From the NCBI RefSeq assembly GCF_001194135.2, contig NC_068981.1:190911555-190975554 (forward strand): DNA of 64,000 nucleotides, given 5' to 3'. The notes under the pieces were generated by a model. That model was not told the origin of the DNA. It searched no databases and worked only from the letters and a program-made list of their open reading frames with translations. This document shows positions 63,762 to 64,000 of the stretch, in pieces (the stretch's first letter is position 1; each line of letters opens with the position of its first letter). The position numbers were made by a program, and so were the translations under genes. This stretch comes from Octopus bimaculoides (lineage: Eukaryota).

Positions 63762-64000
63762 GATATATTCATATATGCCAGAATATATCAAGAATGAATA
63801 GATTCATTATTGATTGGATTCTTGCTGTTCTCCATTTATCCTCTGAATTTTTATGATGTAAAATACTTTATATTTTAGTATACTTCACAGCATTTGTGAG
63901 GTATATTAAGACACATTCTGGTTGCTTACTTTCTGATTACATATCTTGCTGAAGCCAACTTCAGAGTTAGTAAAGTACCAGTCAAATACTGGCATTCATT

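Overview
AT-rich, microsatellite-dense eukaryotic scaffold with N gaps of 10 to about 780 bp. The repeat content points to a cephalopod, most likely an Octopus draft assembly (inference; no database search possible). The window reads as intronic or intergenic DNA filled with mobile elements. These include three tRNA-headed SINE families (labelled A, C, E here) and many copies of an RTE-LINE 3' tail ending in (GAT)n (family B). There are coding fossils of RTE, R4/Dong, Hero, CR1 and Penelope retroelements, two internally deleted mariners, and hAT-type and piggyBac-type (TTAA) MITEs. No complete host gene is recognisable; only a few splice-flanked candidate exons were found, the best at 892-991 on the minus strand. 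Nearly all ORF-track entries are microsatellite, gap or antisense artefacts. The most notable structures are a 334-bp near-perfect palindrome (20250-20583), repeated retro-insertions at AGAA sites in SINE heads (26565-27252, 61954-62006, and SINE dimers at 31649 and 32680), elements sitting in (TAA)n arrays, a hammerhead-like motif at a Penelope-type end, and close inverted SINE/LINE pairs able to form dsRNA. I found no novel protein-coding system. Repeat boundaries are approximate unless TSDs or TIRs are given.
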